Source: an uncultured Candidatus Sumerlaeota bacterium (GTDB lineage: Bacteria; Sumerlaeota; Sumerlaeia; MVZB01; JAJFLK01). From it: a DNA stretch of 64,000 bases. Location: assembly GCA_964598765.1 (NCBI GenBank), contig CAZRCZ010000001.1:342327-406326 (forward strand), written 5' to 3'. Below the pieces are notes generated by a model. That model worked only from the letters and a program-made list of their open reading frames with translations, did no database searches and was not told the origin of the DNA. Position numbers and translations under genes: made by a program. Shown piece by piece: positions 27,290 through 38,629 of this stretch; position 1 is the first letter of the stretch, and each line of letters begins with the position of its first letter.

Positions 27290-27522
27290 TGAGTTTGGTC
27301 CACGTTGACTCAGACGAACCGATTGACCGGGCGTTGAGGCGATTCAAGAAGGAATGTCAAAAATCGGGTATTCTGGCGGAATTACGCCGCCGGGAGTATT
27401 ACGAAAAGCCGAGCGTCCGCAAAAAACGGAAGATGGAAGCCGCCCGCCGAAAACTCCGTCGGCGGCTGATGAAGATTCAACGCAAATTCGACGAAACTCC
27501 CCAACCCGGACGCCGACGCTAA
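27290..27522 (+). CDS. rpsU: 30S ribosomal protein S21
   Basis: [45 protein letters not shown] is typical S21. GTG start at 27290 with GGGAGG RBS 7 nt upstream; the longer ORF-track form (from 27016) is an N-terminal extension. Confidence 0.85.
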
Positions 27523-27545
27523 ACGGCGAGCCGGACCGACTTCAA

Positions 27546-27585
27546 AGCGCCGCGCGGATTTCCGCCGGCGCTTTTTTCATTTTTG
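27546..27585 (+). terminator. Rho-independent terminator after rpsU
   Basis: Stem agcgccg / cggcgct enclosing a gcgg-attt-ccgc inner hairpin, followed by cttttttcattttt. Confidence 0.7.
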
Positions 27586-27608
27586 GCCTCCGATTTGGGG
27601 CAATCTGA

Positions 27609-28262
27609 ATGAACGACCTCAATCCGACTTCCGATGAGCCTCCCTCGCTCGGTCGAACCGTTTCCTGTTTTATTCTTTCCGGTGGGTCTGCCCGCCGGGC
27701 CGAAGGGAAGAACAAGTCATTCCTGATCGCCGAGGGAGAACCGATTCTCGACCAACAAATTCACCGTCTCCGTCCCTCCTTCCACGATGGAATCTTCATT
27801 CTCACCGACCGCTCCGCCGATTTTGAAGGCTACAATCTGATTTGCATGGCCGATCCTCCTCTGCCCGGATTGGGCGATTTGCGTTGCGGCATGAGGGGAC
27901 TTTACTCGGCTCTGTCGCTTTCCCCCACTCCTTGGGTTTTCGTTCTGGCGTGCGATATGCCGTTCCCTGACATGGAGATCGCTCAATCGCTCATCCAAGG
28001 TTTGAGCTTCCAAGCGCGCGAGATGCCGACTCAGTTTCGCGGAATTTGTCTTCGCGGAGCCAAAGGTCCCGAGCCGTTTCATGCGATTTATCACCAAAGC
28101 CTCGCCGAAGATTTGCGCCTCCGCTTGACCGCGTCCGGCGATTTATCGCTCCAGAACTGGATCCGATCCGAACCGCGCATCCTCCTTACTTCCGGCAAGG
28201 AAAATGGAACGAAGAACGCGGCGATCTCGCGTTGTCTTCAGAATTTCAATCAATCATTGTAG
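27609..28262 (+). CDS. MobA-like nucleotidyltransferase (molybdenum cofactor guanylyltransferase-like)
   Basis: ILSGGSARRAEGKNKSFL N-terminal NTP-transferase motif and LACDMPF. Confidence 0.65.
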   Translation: MNDLNPTSDEPPSLGRTVSCFILSGGSARRAEGKNKSFLIAEGEPILDQQIHRLRPSFHDGIFILTDRSADFEGYNLICMADPPLPGLGDLRCGMRGLYSALSLSPTPWVFVLACDMPFPDMEIAQSLIQGLSFQAREMPTQFRGICLRGAKGPEPFHAIYHQSLAEDLRLRLTASGDLSLQNWIRSEPRILLTSGKENGTKNAAISRCLQNFNQSL

Positions 28263-28283
28263 GGGCGACCCGCAGGGTCGCCC
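28263..28283. terminator. Bidirectional hairpin between convergent genes
   Basis: Perfect 9-bp stem gggcgaccc-gca-gggtcgccc immediately after the mobA-like stop and before the kup stop. Confidence 0.55.
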
Positions 28284-28289
28284 AAGAAG

Positions 28290-30275
28290 CTACGCTTTCG
28301 CCTCATTCATCACGGCGGGAATCACGTCAAGCTGGACCGTTTCGGTCGTCAGGCGTCCGTCATCGGTGAGGCCGAAATAGACGGCGGCTGAGGGGACATT
28401 GGCGAGCATTCGCCGGAAAAATTTGAGCCGCAAACGATCCAGACCGGACAAACCGACGAGCGAGATATTTTCGGTTCCCACCAAAATGGACCACTGTCGC
28501 AGGGGAATCTGAATTTTCAATATTCCGGAATCGTTCAACTCGCGCAACGCGACATTCAAATTTGGAGATTCCATGTAACCATACATCGCTTGAACGGTGT
28601 AAAGCGTCCCCAGTTCGCTGTCCTGAAGCGTCAGGACCAAATACCGCTCCTCGGGTTTATGGATGTTCATGTATGGCGAACGATGGGAGATGACCGTCAC
28701 CATGACGAGGTGGCGATAGACGACGCCTTTCAAATGCCCCAATCTGCTTTCCAACGGAGGCGGAACCAAATCTGTCTCGGCCGAAACAGGGCGCGACGAC
28801 AGGACGACCAGAGGCGTCTCGATGTGTCCCATCGCCGGATCGGCCTTCATTCGGGCCAATTCCCCCATGGTCATTTTTCCCTTGGCCTGATACCGCTCCG
28901 CGACCAGTTTGCGTCCCCATTCCCACGTCTGCATCGTCACGAAAAAGCTGACCGCGATCAGGACGGGAACGTAGCCCCCTTGGAGGAATTTTAGGGCGTT
29001 GGCGCTGAAGAAAGTCAAATCCACCGCGATCAGCGCGGCGCAAGCCGGCCCGATGATCCATCCCTTCCATTTCCAGTGGTATCGCGCCACGACGTAAAAG
29101 GCCGCCGTCGTGATTGCCATCGTTCCGGTGACGGCGATTCCATAGGCCGAAGCCAGCGCGTCGGACGTGCGGAACCCGACGACCAGCGTGACGCATCCCG
29201 CGAAGAGCGCCCAATTGATCCAAGGAATGAAAATTTGTCCCTCGACGTTGGGGTTGGTGTGAACGATCCGGAGTCGGGGGAAAACTCCGAGCGCGATGGC
29301 TTGCTGAGTGAGCGAAAATGCGCCGGAAATCAAAGCCTGCGACGCGATGATCGTCGCCGCCGTCGCCAAGGCGATCATCGGATAAATCGCCCAGCCGGGA
29401 ACCAGCGAATAGAAAAGATTGTCGTTCGGAATCTCTCCGGGAGAGAGCAGGCGCGCTCCTTGGCCGAAGTAATTGATAATCAGGCACGGCAAAACGATGG
29501 TCAGCCACGAAAGCCGGATCGCGCGCGGCCCGAAATGCCCCATGTCGGCGTAAAGCGCCTCGGCCCCCGTCACGCAAAGCACGACGGCTCCAAGAATCGG
29601 AAGCGACCGCCCGTCCTGACGGATCAAAAATTCCAATCCGCAAAGAGGATTTAGTCCTCCCAAGACGACCGGATGCCTCCAAATCCAAGGCAATCCGATC
29701 AAGGCGTTGCACACGAGCCAGACGATGACAATCGGTCCGAACAATCCGCCGATTTTGTGCGTCCCGCTCGATTGAAAAAGAAAGAGAACCGTCAGAATCG
29801 CGATGGTTAACGGAACGACGGCGACTTGGAGCGCGGGGGCGGTCACTTCCAATCCCTCGACCGCCGAAAGGACGGAGATGGCGGGCGTAATGACGCCGTC
29901 GCCGTAGAGCAACGCCGCGCCGAGCAAAATTGCGATCCCCGCGCCGAGAAAAATTTGCCTCGGGATCGAGGAGCGTTTCATGCGGATCAAGGCCAGCAGG
30001 GCGAAGATGCCCCCTTCCCCCTCGTTGTCCGCGCGCATGATGAGAAGGACGTATTTGATCGTGACCACGACGATCAAACTCCAAAAGAAAAGCGACAACG
30101 CGCCTTGAACGTTCTCCGTTGTCCGTTCGAGCTGGAAGCGCGAACCGAAAAACGTCGCCTTCATAGCGTAAAGCACCGAGGTCCCGATGTCGCCATACAC
30201 GACGCCCAATGCGCCGAGCATTAAACCCCAAAGGGCCTGCGGCTTGCGTTCGTGCGGCATGGATGGATGGGACAT
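28290..30275 (-). CDS. kup: KUP/HAK/KT-family potassium transporter
   Basis: LGALGVVYGDIGTSVLYA N-terminal signature, 12 TM core, C-terminal cytoplasmic domain. Start at ATG 30275 (GGAG upstream); ORF-track start 30296 is TTG. Confidence 0.9.
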   Translation of the reverse strand: MSHPSMPHERKPQALWGLMLGALGVVYGDIGTSVLYAMKATFFGSRFQLERTTENVQGALSLFFWSLIVVVTIKYVLLIMRADNEGEGGIFALLALIRMKRSSIPRQIFLGAGIAILLGAALLYGDGVITPAISVLSAVEGLEVTAPALQVAVVPLTIAILTVLFLFQSSGTHKIGGLFGPIVIVWLVCNALIGLPWIWRHPVVLGGLNPLCGLEFLIRQDGRSLPILGAVVLCVTGAEALYADMGHFGPRAIRLSWLTIVLPCLIINYFGQGARLLSPGEIPNDNLFYSLVPGWAIYPMIALATAATIIASQALISGAFSLTQQAIALGVFPRLRIVHTNPNVEGQIFIPWINWALFAGCVTLVVGFRTSDALASAYGIAVTGTMAITTAAFYVVARYHWKWKGWIIGPACAALIAVDLTFFSANALKFLQGGYVPVLIAVSFFVTMQTWEWGRKLVAERYQAKGKMTMGELARMKADPAMGHIETPLVVLSSRPVSAETDLVPPPLESRLGHLKGVVYRHLVMVTVISHRSPYMNIHKPEERYLVLTLQDSELGTLYTVQAMYGYMESPNLNVALRELNDSGILKIQIPLRQWSILVGTENISLVGLSGLDRLRLKFFRRMLANVPSAAVYFGLTDDGRLTTETVQLDVIPAVMNEAKA

Positions 30276-30485
30276 GGGGAATCGGTCTCCGCTCAAAGGA
30301 GAGAGGAAGGCACATTACCATTCTAGGAACGGATGTGAAAGTGAGATGTCTTAAATATTAAATCTGCAAGGACCACTGTCGGCGCGATGCTGGTGCCGAC
30401 CGTTCATCTTGTCATGGAGTCGCTACCGGTTTTGGTCATGATCAATCCGTGCTTCTCCGCGTGCAACTGTGTCCAAATTTCCAAC

Positions 30486-30926
30486 CTAAGCCTTGGAATT
30501 CAAAATCTCGACAACCCTTACCGTAAAATTCAAATCTTCTCCCGCCATCGGATGGTTGGCGTCCAGAACGATCCGGTCCTTGCCGACGTGCGCGATGATG
30601 ACAGGCATGAACGCGCCGTTGAGCAGGCGGATTTGAAAGCGTTGCCCGACTTCGACCGGAAGCCCTTCGGGAATTTCATGCGGCTCGGCGGCGAGAATCC
30701 ACTCCTGCCGATGCGGACCGAACGCCTGATCGGAGGAAATCTTGAATTTCTTGGATTGCCCCTTCGCCATGCCGACGATGGCGTGTTCGAATGCCGGAAG
30801 AAATTTTCCCTGACCGAGCGTGAACTGCAACGGCTCACGCCCTTCGGTGCTGTCGAAGACCGCGCCGTCGTTCAGCGTCCCCATGTAGTGAATCTTGACG
30901 GTGTCGCCCTGTTTGACTTGCGCCAT
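30486..30926 (-). CDS. FKBP-type peptidyl-prolyl cis-trans isomerase
   Basis: MAQVKQGDTVKIHYMGTLNDGAVFDSTEGREPLQFTLGQGKFLPAFEHAIVGM is a typical FKBP domain. ATG at 30926. Confidence 0.8.
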   Translation of the reverse strand: MAQVKQGDTVKIHYMGTLNDGAVFDSTEGREPLQFTLGQGKFLPAFEHAIVGMAKGQSKKFKISSDQAFGPHRQEWILAAEPHEIPEGLPVEVGQRFQIRLLNGAFMPVIIAHVGKDRIVLDANHPMAGEDLNFTVRVVEILNSKA

Positions 30927-31080
30927 GGTGTCGGTATCGTGTCCTCGTCCGCCGTTTATGGCGGAATCTTTAACTGAACCGCATTCGCGGTTCAAACCCA
31001 ACCCCAAATCCTAACCATGAGGCAAACCCCTTTTCCAGAGGATATTTTACGCGGAACGTTGATTTGATTTTTTGCCACCC

Positions 31081-31180
31081 TCTTCCCATCATTGCTCCTA
31101 CTCTTACTCATTCTCCTTCTCCTGAGAAAAGCATAAACCGCAAGGTGTTGAGAATGAGGAGGAGTAGGAGTATGAGAATG
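31081..31180 (+). repeat. Purine-rich imperfect inverted repeat in leader of M28 peptidase gene
   Basis: ctcctactcttactcattctcc ... gagaatgaggaggagtaggag(tatgagaatgag); the purine-rich arm ends 9 nt before the ATG at 31189. Confidence 0.7.
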
Positions 31181-31188
31181 AGAACGAT

Positions 31189-32901
31189 ATGGAACCAACC
31201 AACACCGACAAGCGATTTTCATTACGCGACCTTCTCGCTTTCGTGCCGATTCTCGTCTTGGCGCTCTGCGCGGCGTTCGCGTTAATGCGGATCACGCCCC
31301 CCAAACCGAAACCCGCCGACGCGCCCGCCTCGGAATTTTCCGCTGAGCGTGCGCTGATCCATCTGCACCAGATCGCCAAAGCGCCGCATCCCTCCGGCTC
31401 CGAGGAACACCGCCGCGTCCGGGAATACGTCATCGGCGAATTAAAAAAATTGGGTCTGGAGCCGGAAATCCAACAATCGGTTTCGGACGAGAAATCAGGC
31501 GGCCATTCCGCCCCCGGCATGACGTTCACCAACATCATGGCGCGATGGAAGGGAACGGACAATTCCCGCGCTCTCTTGATCGCCTGTCACTACGACAGCG
31601 TGGCGATGGGACCCGGCGCGAGCGACGACGGAGCGGGCGTCGTGGCGGTTCTGGAAACGATCCGCGCCTTAAAATCCGGCGCGCCGCCCAAGAACGATCT
31701 GATCTTTCTTTTCACCGACGGCGAGGAGGTCTGCCTCTGCGGAGCGCGGGCGTTCGCGGAGAATCATCCTTGGGCGAAGGACGTCGGATTGGTCGTGAAT
31801 TTCGAGGCGCGTGGGACCGCCGGACCTTCCATCATGTTCGAGACCAGCGCCGAGAACGGTTGGCTGATCTCCCAATACGCCCGCTCCGCCGTTCATCCCT
31901 CCGCCAGTTCGCTCAGCTACGAAGTCTATAAGCGAATGCCGAACGACACCGATCTGACGGTGTTCAAGAAACGGGGATTCGCGGGATTGAATTTCGCGTT
32001 CATCAAGAACGTCAAATTTTATCACACGGCCAACGACACGGTCGAAAATCTGGACAAGCGGAGCCTCCAGCACCACGGCGAGAACGCGCTGGCCATGGCG
32101 CGATGTTTCGGCAATCTCGATCTGCGGGAAATCAAAAAAACGAACGACGTCTATTTCGACGTCCTCGGCGCGTTTGTCATTCGATATTCTGAACATTGGG
32201 CGATTCCGTTGGCGATATTCGCGGTTCTGTTTTATCTGGTGATTACAATGACGGCGATAAAACTTGGCGAGTTTTCGTGGCGGCTGGGATTATTACGATT
32301 GGGTCTGTCGCTGGCCACATTTATTCTTTGGCCGCTCTTGCTCCATCTCCTCTCACTGGTGGGTCATATCAACTCCATTTCCAAGAAGGACCCATCTGGA
32401 TTTGCTTTCACGACCAATCCCTACGCGCTCTTGGGATTTGTTTTGGCGGCGCTTGCTCCCTTTTTCGGGTACTATTTGGCATGGAAGGGGGGTTCGGTCG
32501 TGGAGAAGACGATTGCCGGAGTATTCTGGTGGGTTATTCTGACCCTCCTGACGGTCTTTTTCCTTCCCGGAGCCAGCTATCTCTTCACTTGGCCGCTCAT
32601 CTTTGCCGCGCTCGGAATAGGATTTGTCCTCCAATCCCAGCGAATAGGAGGAAGTCCGATTGTGAGATCGTTTGCTTTGCTTCCTTTCAGTATTCCCGCC
32701 ATCATCCTTTGGACCCCGACCATCTATCTTCTGTTTTTGGCAATGACGCTCAAACTAACAGGCGTGATCGTCTTATTCGTGATGTTGAATCTTGAACTTT
32801 TTGCCCCTCACTCCGCGCCTTTATCGCCGCGACTACGTTCCGTTGCAATAATCGCAACCGTGGTGATCGGCATCGGCCTTGTAACCTATATTCTCCGGTG
32901 A
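31189..32901 (+). CDS. M28-family metallopeptidase with C-terminal polytopic membrane domain
   Basis: Peptidase M28 motifs (HYDSV, SDDGAGV, DGEE, metal ligands) in N-terminal half; C-terminal half with multiple TM helices. Confidence 0.75.
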   Translation: MEPTNTDKRFSLRDLLAFVPILVLALCAAFALMRITPPKPKPADAPASEFSAERALIHLHQIAKAPHPSGSEEHRRVREYVIGELKKLGLEPEIQQSVSDEKSGGHSAPGMTFTNIMARWKGTDNSRALLIACHYDSVAMGPGASDDGAGVVAVLETIRALKSGAPPKNDLIFLFTDGEEVCLCGARAFAENHPWAKDVGLVVNFEARGTAGPSIMFETSAENGWLISQYARSAVHPSASSLSYEVYKRMPNDTDLTVFKKRGFAGLNFAFIKNVKFYHTANDTVENLDKRSLQHHGENALAMARCFGNLDLREIKKTNDVYFDVLGAFVIRYSEHWAIPLAIFAVLFYLVITMTAIKLGEFSWRLGLLRLGLSLATFILWPLLLHLLSLVGHINSISKKDPSGFAFTTNPYALLGFVLAALAPFFGYYLAWKGGSVVEKTIAGVFWWVILTLLTVFFLPGASYLFTWPLIFAALGIGFVLQSQRIGGSPIVRSFALLPFSIPAIILWTPTIYLLFLAMTLKLTGVIVLFVMLNLELFAPHSAPLSPRLRSVAIIATVVIGIGLVTYILR

Positions 32902-32938
32902 AGATCATGAAACCTGAAAGCACGCAAAGGAACCTTCC

Positions 32939-33454
32939 ATGAGCAACGCCCCCACCGCCCCATCTCTCGACGCCGAGACCGGCTGGAAACCCTTCAACCA
33001 CACCGCTTGGCTGGAGCGGCCCAATTATGTCTCCGGCGATCCGGACGGCAACCGGCTCCGCATCCGCTATTATTACCGCGAGTCGGACATGGCGCTGGTC
33101 GGCAAGGCGTGGTTCGGTCCGGGAACCGAGGGTCCTCCCGGCCATGCGCACGGCGGAAGCATGGCCGCGCTCTTGGACGAGGCGATGGGCACGGCCTCGT
33201 GGATTTCCGGCCATCTCGTCCTCGCCGCGAAGATCGAAGTCAATTTCCGCAAGAAACTCCCGCTCGGCACGGTCGTCAAGGTCGAGGCATGGCTGGAAAA
33301 AGTGAATGGGCGGAAGGTTTTCGTCCGGGGCCAATTGATCGGCCTGGACGATCTGATTTATGCGGAAAGCTCCGGTCTCTTCATCAAACTGGAACCCGAG
33401 CAATTCGGCCAGTTGGGGACTTGGATGGTGCGGAGCACGAAGCCGCGGGAGTGA
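32939..33454 (+). CDS. PaaI-family (hotdog-fold) thioesterase
   Basis: GPGTEGPPGHAHGGSMAALLDEAMG motif of 4HBT/PaaI thioesterases. Confidence 0.7.
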   Translation: MSNAPTAPSLDAETGWKPFNHTAWLERPNYVSGDPDGNRLRIRYYYRESDMALVGKAWFGPGTEGPPGHAHGGSMAALLDEAMGTASWISGHLVLAAKIEVNFRKKLPLGTVVKVEAWLEKVNGRKVFVRGQLIGLDDLIYAESSGLFIKLEPEQFGQLGTWMVRSTKPRE

Positions 33455-33461
33455 TTGACGA

Positions 33462-34625
33462 ATGAAACTCAACCCTTACCCTGCCCTCTCTCTCGGAAAG
33501 GGAGAGGGTTTGCATGGGCAAAAATCCACCCGAGCCGCGACCGTGAGGGAGCGCCCAGCCCGCGAAATTCTTGTTTTCGGGCGCTCCCTCACGGTCGCGG
33601 CTCTGATGTTGCAGTTCTTCTTTTTCTTTGCTCGCGCCGCTGAAATCGCGCTCCATCCCGGGCATCACGAAATCACGTTCAAGAACGGCAAGACCGCCCA
33701 AGGGGAAATTCTGGCCGTCGAAGGGGAAAAATTTCGCTTCCAGCCCTACGAGGGGTCCGCGTTTGTCCTTCCGTTGGATCGAATCCAAACCGCCCGTGCG
33801 CTTTCGCCGGCGGAAGGCGTGCTTTTTCAATCGCGCCAGATGGCGGAGAAGGGAAAGCTCGATGAAGCCGTGCGATTATTGACGCGGAGCGCCGGGATGG
33901 AGGGAGGAGCCGCGCTGGAAGGGGAGCTGATGAGGCGGCTGAACGAATTGAATCGCCTGATAAAAGCGTCGCAGAAAAAAGAATTGGCGGAATTCGAGAA
34001 AAAATTCGAGGAATTACTGGACCGCAATCAACTTCACGACGCGCTCGATCTGGCGAGGCAAACGCTCAAGGATCATCCCGACGATCCCGACCTGCTCGGC
34101 GACGCCGCGCTGGCGGAATTTCGGATTCATCGCGGGCAAGGGGGGATCGCGAGCGAGTTTCGCTCGTTCCATTTGGATCGTTTGAAAAAAGCCGATCCGC
34201 AATCGCCAATCCTGCTCGGGATTCAAGCGGAAATGGGGGTCTCGGAGAAGCTTCAGGCCAAATGGGAATCCGACCGTAAGGCGTTCTTGGCGACCGCCTT
34301 GGACGATGCGGCGCGCTTTTACGAGAATTTCCAACTTCAAGAAGCCAAGGACATCCTCGACAAGGCGCTGGCGCTCGATCCGCCCGATGATCTGCTTGGT
34401 CCGCTGAAGGAACTGGCGGCCAAAGTGGACGCCGAAATTGCCGGCGGGTCCAAGGATCAGGCGCTACGGGAACGCGAACGCCTCCGCGCGCTCGAAGAAA
34501 AAACAAAGATGGAAGGGGAGTCGTCGGGCAAATCGCTGAGTGAATCCGAATCCAAGAAACTGGATAAAAAGCGCGCCCGCAGAATTCAGCAACGCGCGAT
34601 TGACCAAAGCCGTGGACCGAGATGA
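33462..34625 (+). CDS. Hypothetical exported coiled-coil / TPR-like protein
   Basis: 387-aa ORF, hydrophobic N-terminal segment, helical repeat-like C-terminus. True start may be ATG 33606 because 33532-33603 forms a perfect hairpin. Confidence 0.4.
   Translation: MKLNPYPALSLGKGEGLHGQKSTRAATVRERPAREILVFGRSLTVAALMLQFFFFFARAAEIALHPGHHEITFKNGKTAQGEILAVEGEKFRFQPYEGSAFVLPLDRIQTARALSPAEGVLFQSRQMAEKGKLDEAVRLLTRSAGMEGGAALEGELMRRLNELNRLIKASQKKELAEFEKKFEELLDRNQLHDALDLARQTLKDHPDDPDLLGDAALAEFRIHRGQGGIASEFRSFHLDRLKKADPQSPILLGIQAEMGVSEKLQAKWESDRKAFLATALDDAARFYENFQLQEAKDILDKALALDPPDDLLGPLKELAAKVDAEIAGGSKDQALRERERLRALEEKTKMEGESSGKSLSESESKKLDKKRARRIQQRAIDQSRGPR
33532..33603. repeat. Perfect 25-bp inverted repeat (hairpin)
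   Basis: gagccgcgaccgtgagggagcgccc ... gggcgctccctcacggtcgcggctc with 22-nt loop; located 78 nt after the PaaI stop. Confidence 0.85.
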
Positions 34626-34644
34626 GGATTTTTGTCTTGTTGAT

Positions 34645-34962
34645 TCATCGGCGACGTTTCGATTTGGTCCGTTCGATCCAATATCCCGGCTTGCGCCGAT
34701 TATGCATCACGGCAAGAACATGGATCACGCCACCTGCGATCCGATACACGATGCTGTAAGGAAACTTGTTCAGCACGATTCGCCGCGAGCCGGCTTCAAA
34801 GATCGGCCATCGCTCCGGAGCTTCGAGGATCAACTTGATTTTGGATTCGATCTCGATCTGGAAATTTTGCGCGGCGGAAACGCTACGCGCGCGATACCAC
34901 TCGGCCCCGTAAAAAAGTTCCCGTTCGGCCCCCATGTGGAATTCGAGTTTATTTTGCGTCAA
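34645..34962 (-). CDS. Type II toxin, RelE/ParE family
   Basis: LEFHMGAERELFYGAEWY...FPYSIVYRIAGGVIHVLAVMHNRRKPGYW matches ParE/RelE-type toxins. TTG start with AGGA RBS; overlaps antitoxin stop by 14 nt. Confidence 0.7.
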   Translation of the reverse strand: MTQNKLEFHMGAERELFYGAEWYRARSVSAAQNFQIEIESKIKLILEAPERWPIFEAGSRRIVLNKFPYSIVYRIAGGVIHVLAVMHNRRKPGYWIERTKSKRRR

Positions 34963-35185
34963 CGATCCTGCGCAACTTCGCGCGAACCTGCCGCCAAGGG
35001 ATCGTCCGCGCGACGCCTTGATCCAGTTCGTTCATTCGCTTCGCCACTTCCCGTCGCCACTCCTTTTCGACGTCCGCCTCGGTCGAGCCTTCGAGTGCGT
35101 CCACCAACAAGCCGGTGAGCGCAATCCTTTCGCTCGGAGGAAGATTCGACGCTTCTCTGTAGAGTTGGTCAATCCGGTTGGCCAT
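34949..35185 (-). CDS. Addiction-module antitoxin (TIGR02574-like component)
   Basis: LPPSERIALTGLLVDALE...ADVEKEWRREVAKRMNELDQGVARTIPWRQV is typical for the antitoxin partnered with RelE/ParE toxins. Confidence 0.65.
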   Translation of the reverse strand: MANRIDQLYREASNLPPSERIALTGLLVDALEGSTEADVEKEWRREVAKRMNELDQGVARTIPWRQVRAKLRRIVDAK

Positions 35186-35198
35186 GAGCTGAGCCTAT

Positions 35199-35233
35199 CA
35201 ATTGAATGTGCTGAAAGCCATGACGAATTCAAT
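35199..35233 (-). promoter_or_regulatory. Candidate operator palindrome upstream of the antitoxin gene
   Basis: Inverted repeat aattgaat ... attcaatt with ~19-nt spacer, 14-48 nt upstream of the antitoxin ATG (35185). Confidence 0.3.
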
Positions 35234-35316
35234 TATCCGCTTCTGCCGATCACGCTCGGTCGCCATTCATCGTCAGTCACGGACGCGGATCAAATTCGTG
35301 GGTCGGAGCCGCTCCG

Positions 35317-37419
<2,103 letters not shown>

Positions 37420-37571
37420 GTTTCTTTCCACTCTTTCATTTTTCGCGCAATTCTAACTTTGGCTCCAAATGGGGCGCGACCCAAACGGATGCCGGCGCGC
37501 TACGACACAACGCGAATTTACTTCTCCGCGTCGCGCGGGCGTGCTCCATTCAAAAACATTATACCATTATT

Positions 37572-38048
37572 TTACCATCCGTAGTGCGCGAAGGCCTTGT
37601 TGGCCTCGGCCATGCGGTGGGTATCCTCGCGCTTTTTGATCGCCCCGCCGGTTTTGTTGTAGGCGTCGAGGAGTTCTCCGGCCAGACGCTCGGCCATCGT
37701 CTTCTCGCCCCGTTCGCGGGCGGCCTCACGTAACCACCGGAACGAAAGCGCCTCCCGTCTCGGTGGCGAGACTTCGACCGGAATCTGATAGTTAGCCCCG
37801 CCGACGCGCCGCGATTTCACTTCGACGGTCGGTTTGACGTTTTCAATGGCCTGATTAAAAACCTCAATCGGCTTGACGTCGGCGACTTTCTCGCCGATCC
37901 GATCCAGCGCGGTGTAGAAAATCCGCTGGGCCAGCGACTTCTTCCCCTCATACATGATGCAATTGATGAACTTGGAGGCCAGCGCGCTCCCGCATCTGGC
38001 GTCGGGGATGATTTCCCGCTTTTTGGTTTTTCGTTCTTTCCGACTCAT
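37572..38048 (-). CDS. rpsG: 30S ribosomal protein S7
   Basis: 158-aa, typical S7 sequence ([21 protein letters not shown]...). Confidence 0.95.
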   Translation of the reverse strand: MSRKERKTKKREIIPDARCGSALASKFINCIMYEGKKSLAQRIFYTALDRIGEKVADVKPIEVFNQAIENVKPTVEVKSRRVGGANYQIPVEVSPPRREALSFRWLREAARERGEKTMAERLAGELLDAYNKTGGAIKKREDTHRMAEANKAFAHYGW

Positions 38049-38067
38049 ACGATCATTCCCTCATTGC

Positions 38068-38442
38068 TCAAGCTTTGGGCTTCTTCGCGCCGTATTTGGA
38101 CCGGCTTTTCTTTCGGTTGGCCACTCCTTGGGTGTCCAAAACGCCCCGCAGGATGTGGTAGCGGATGCCGGGCAGATCCTTGACGCGCCCTCCGCGAATC
38201 AGCACGATCGAGTGCTCTTGAAGGTTGTGCCCCTCCCCCGGAATATAGGCCGTGACCTCGTGGCCGTTGGTCAGCCTCACGCGAGCCACCTTGCGCAGGG
38301 CCGAATTCGGCTTCTTCGGCGTCTGAGTGTAAACTCTCAGGCATACCCCCCGTTTTTGCGGACAGGCGGCGAGGGCGGGAACCTTGTTTTTCTTGCGAAT
38401 GGGAACCCGTCCCTTGCGAATTAGTTGATTGATCGTCGGCAT
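38068..38442 (-). CDS. rpsL: 30S ribosomal protein S12
   Basis: [12 protein letters not shown]...[37 protein letters not shown]; start at internal ATG 38442 of the longer ORF-track entry. Confidence 0.95.
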   Translation of the reverse strand: MPTINQLIRKGRVPIRKKNKVPALAACPQKRGVCLRVYTQTPKKPNSALRKVARVRLTNGHEVTAYIPGEGHNLQEHSIVLIRGGRVKDLPGIRYHILRGVLDTQGVANRKKSRSKYGAKKPKA

Positions 38443-38582
38443 CGAACCTCTCTCTGTTGGCTGGATTCCCCCGGTTTTGTTCTCCAAGGGAATTCCAAAC
38501 CCTTGATTCAACCAGCTTTGATTGCGGGAGTCAAGGGGGGATAGCGTTTTTTTTCTGCTGGGATGGGTATCAAAATTCGGAG

Positions 38583-38624
38583 CCACAACCGAGCAGTGAC
38601 CGCACGGTCGCGGCTCGGTTGTGG
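38583..38624 (-). terminator. Hairpin immediately downstream of hemA stop
   Basis: Perfect 12-bp stem ccacaaccgagc / gctcggttgtgg with 18-nt loop, directly after the hemA stop codon. Confidence 0.5.
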
Positions 38625-38629
38625 TTTCA

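Noticed and set aside
27016-27522. 168-aa ORF containing S21
   Set aside because: S21 is ~70 aa; the upstream part has no RBS or S21 similarity, whereas GTG 27290 has a GGGAGG site 7 nt upstream.
28657-30321. 554-aa minus-strand ORF (R/G/D-rich) overlapping kup
   Set aside because: Alternative-frame artefact of the GC-rich kup gene; kup in its own frame has a clear transporter signature.
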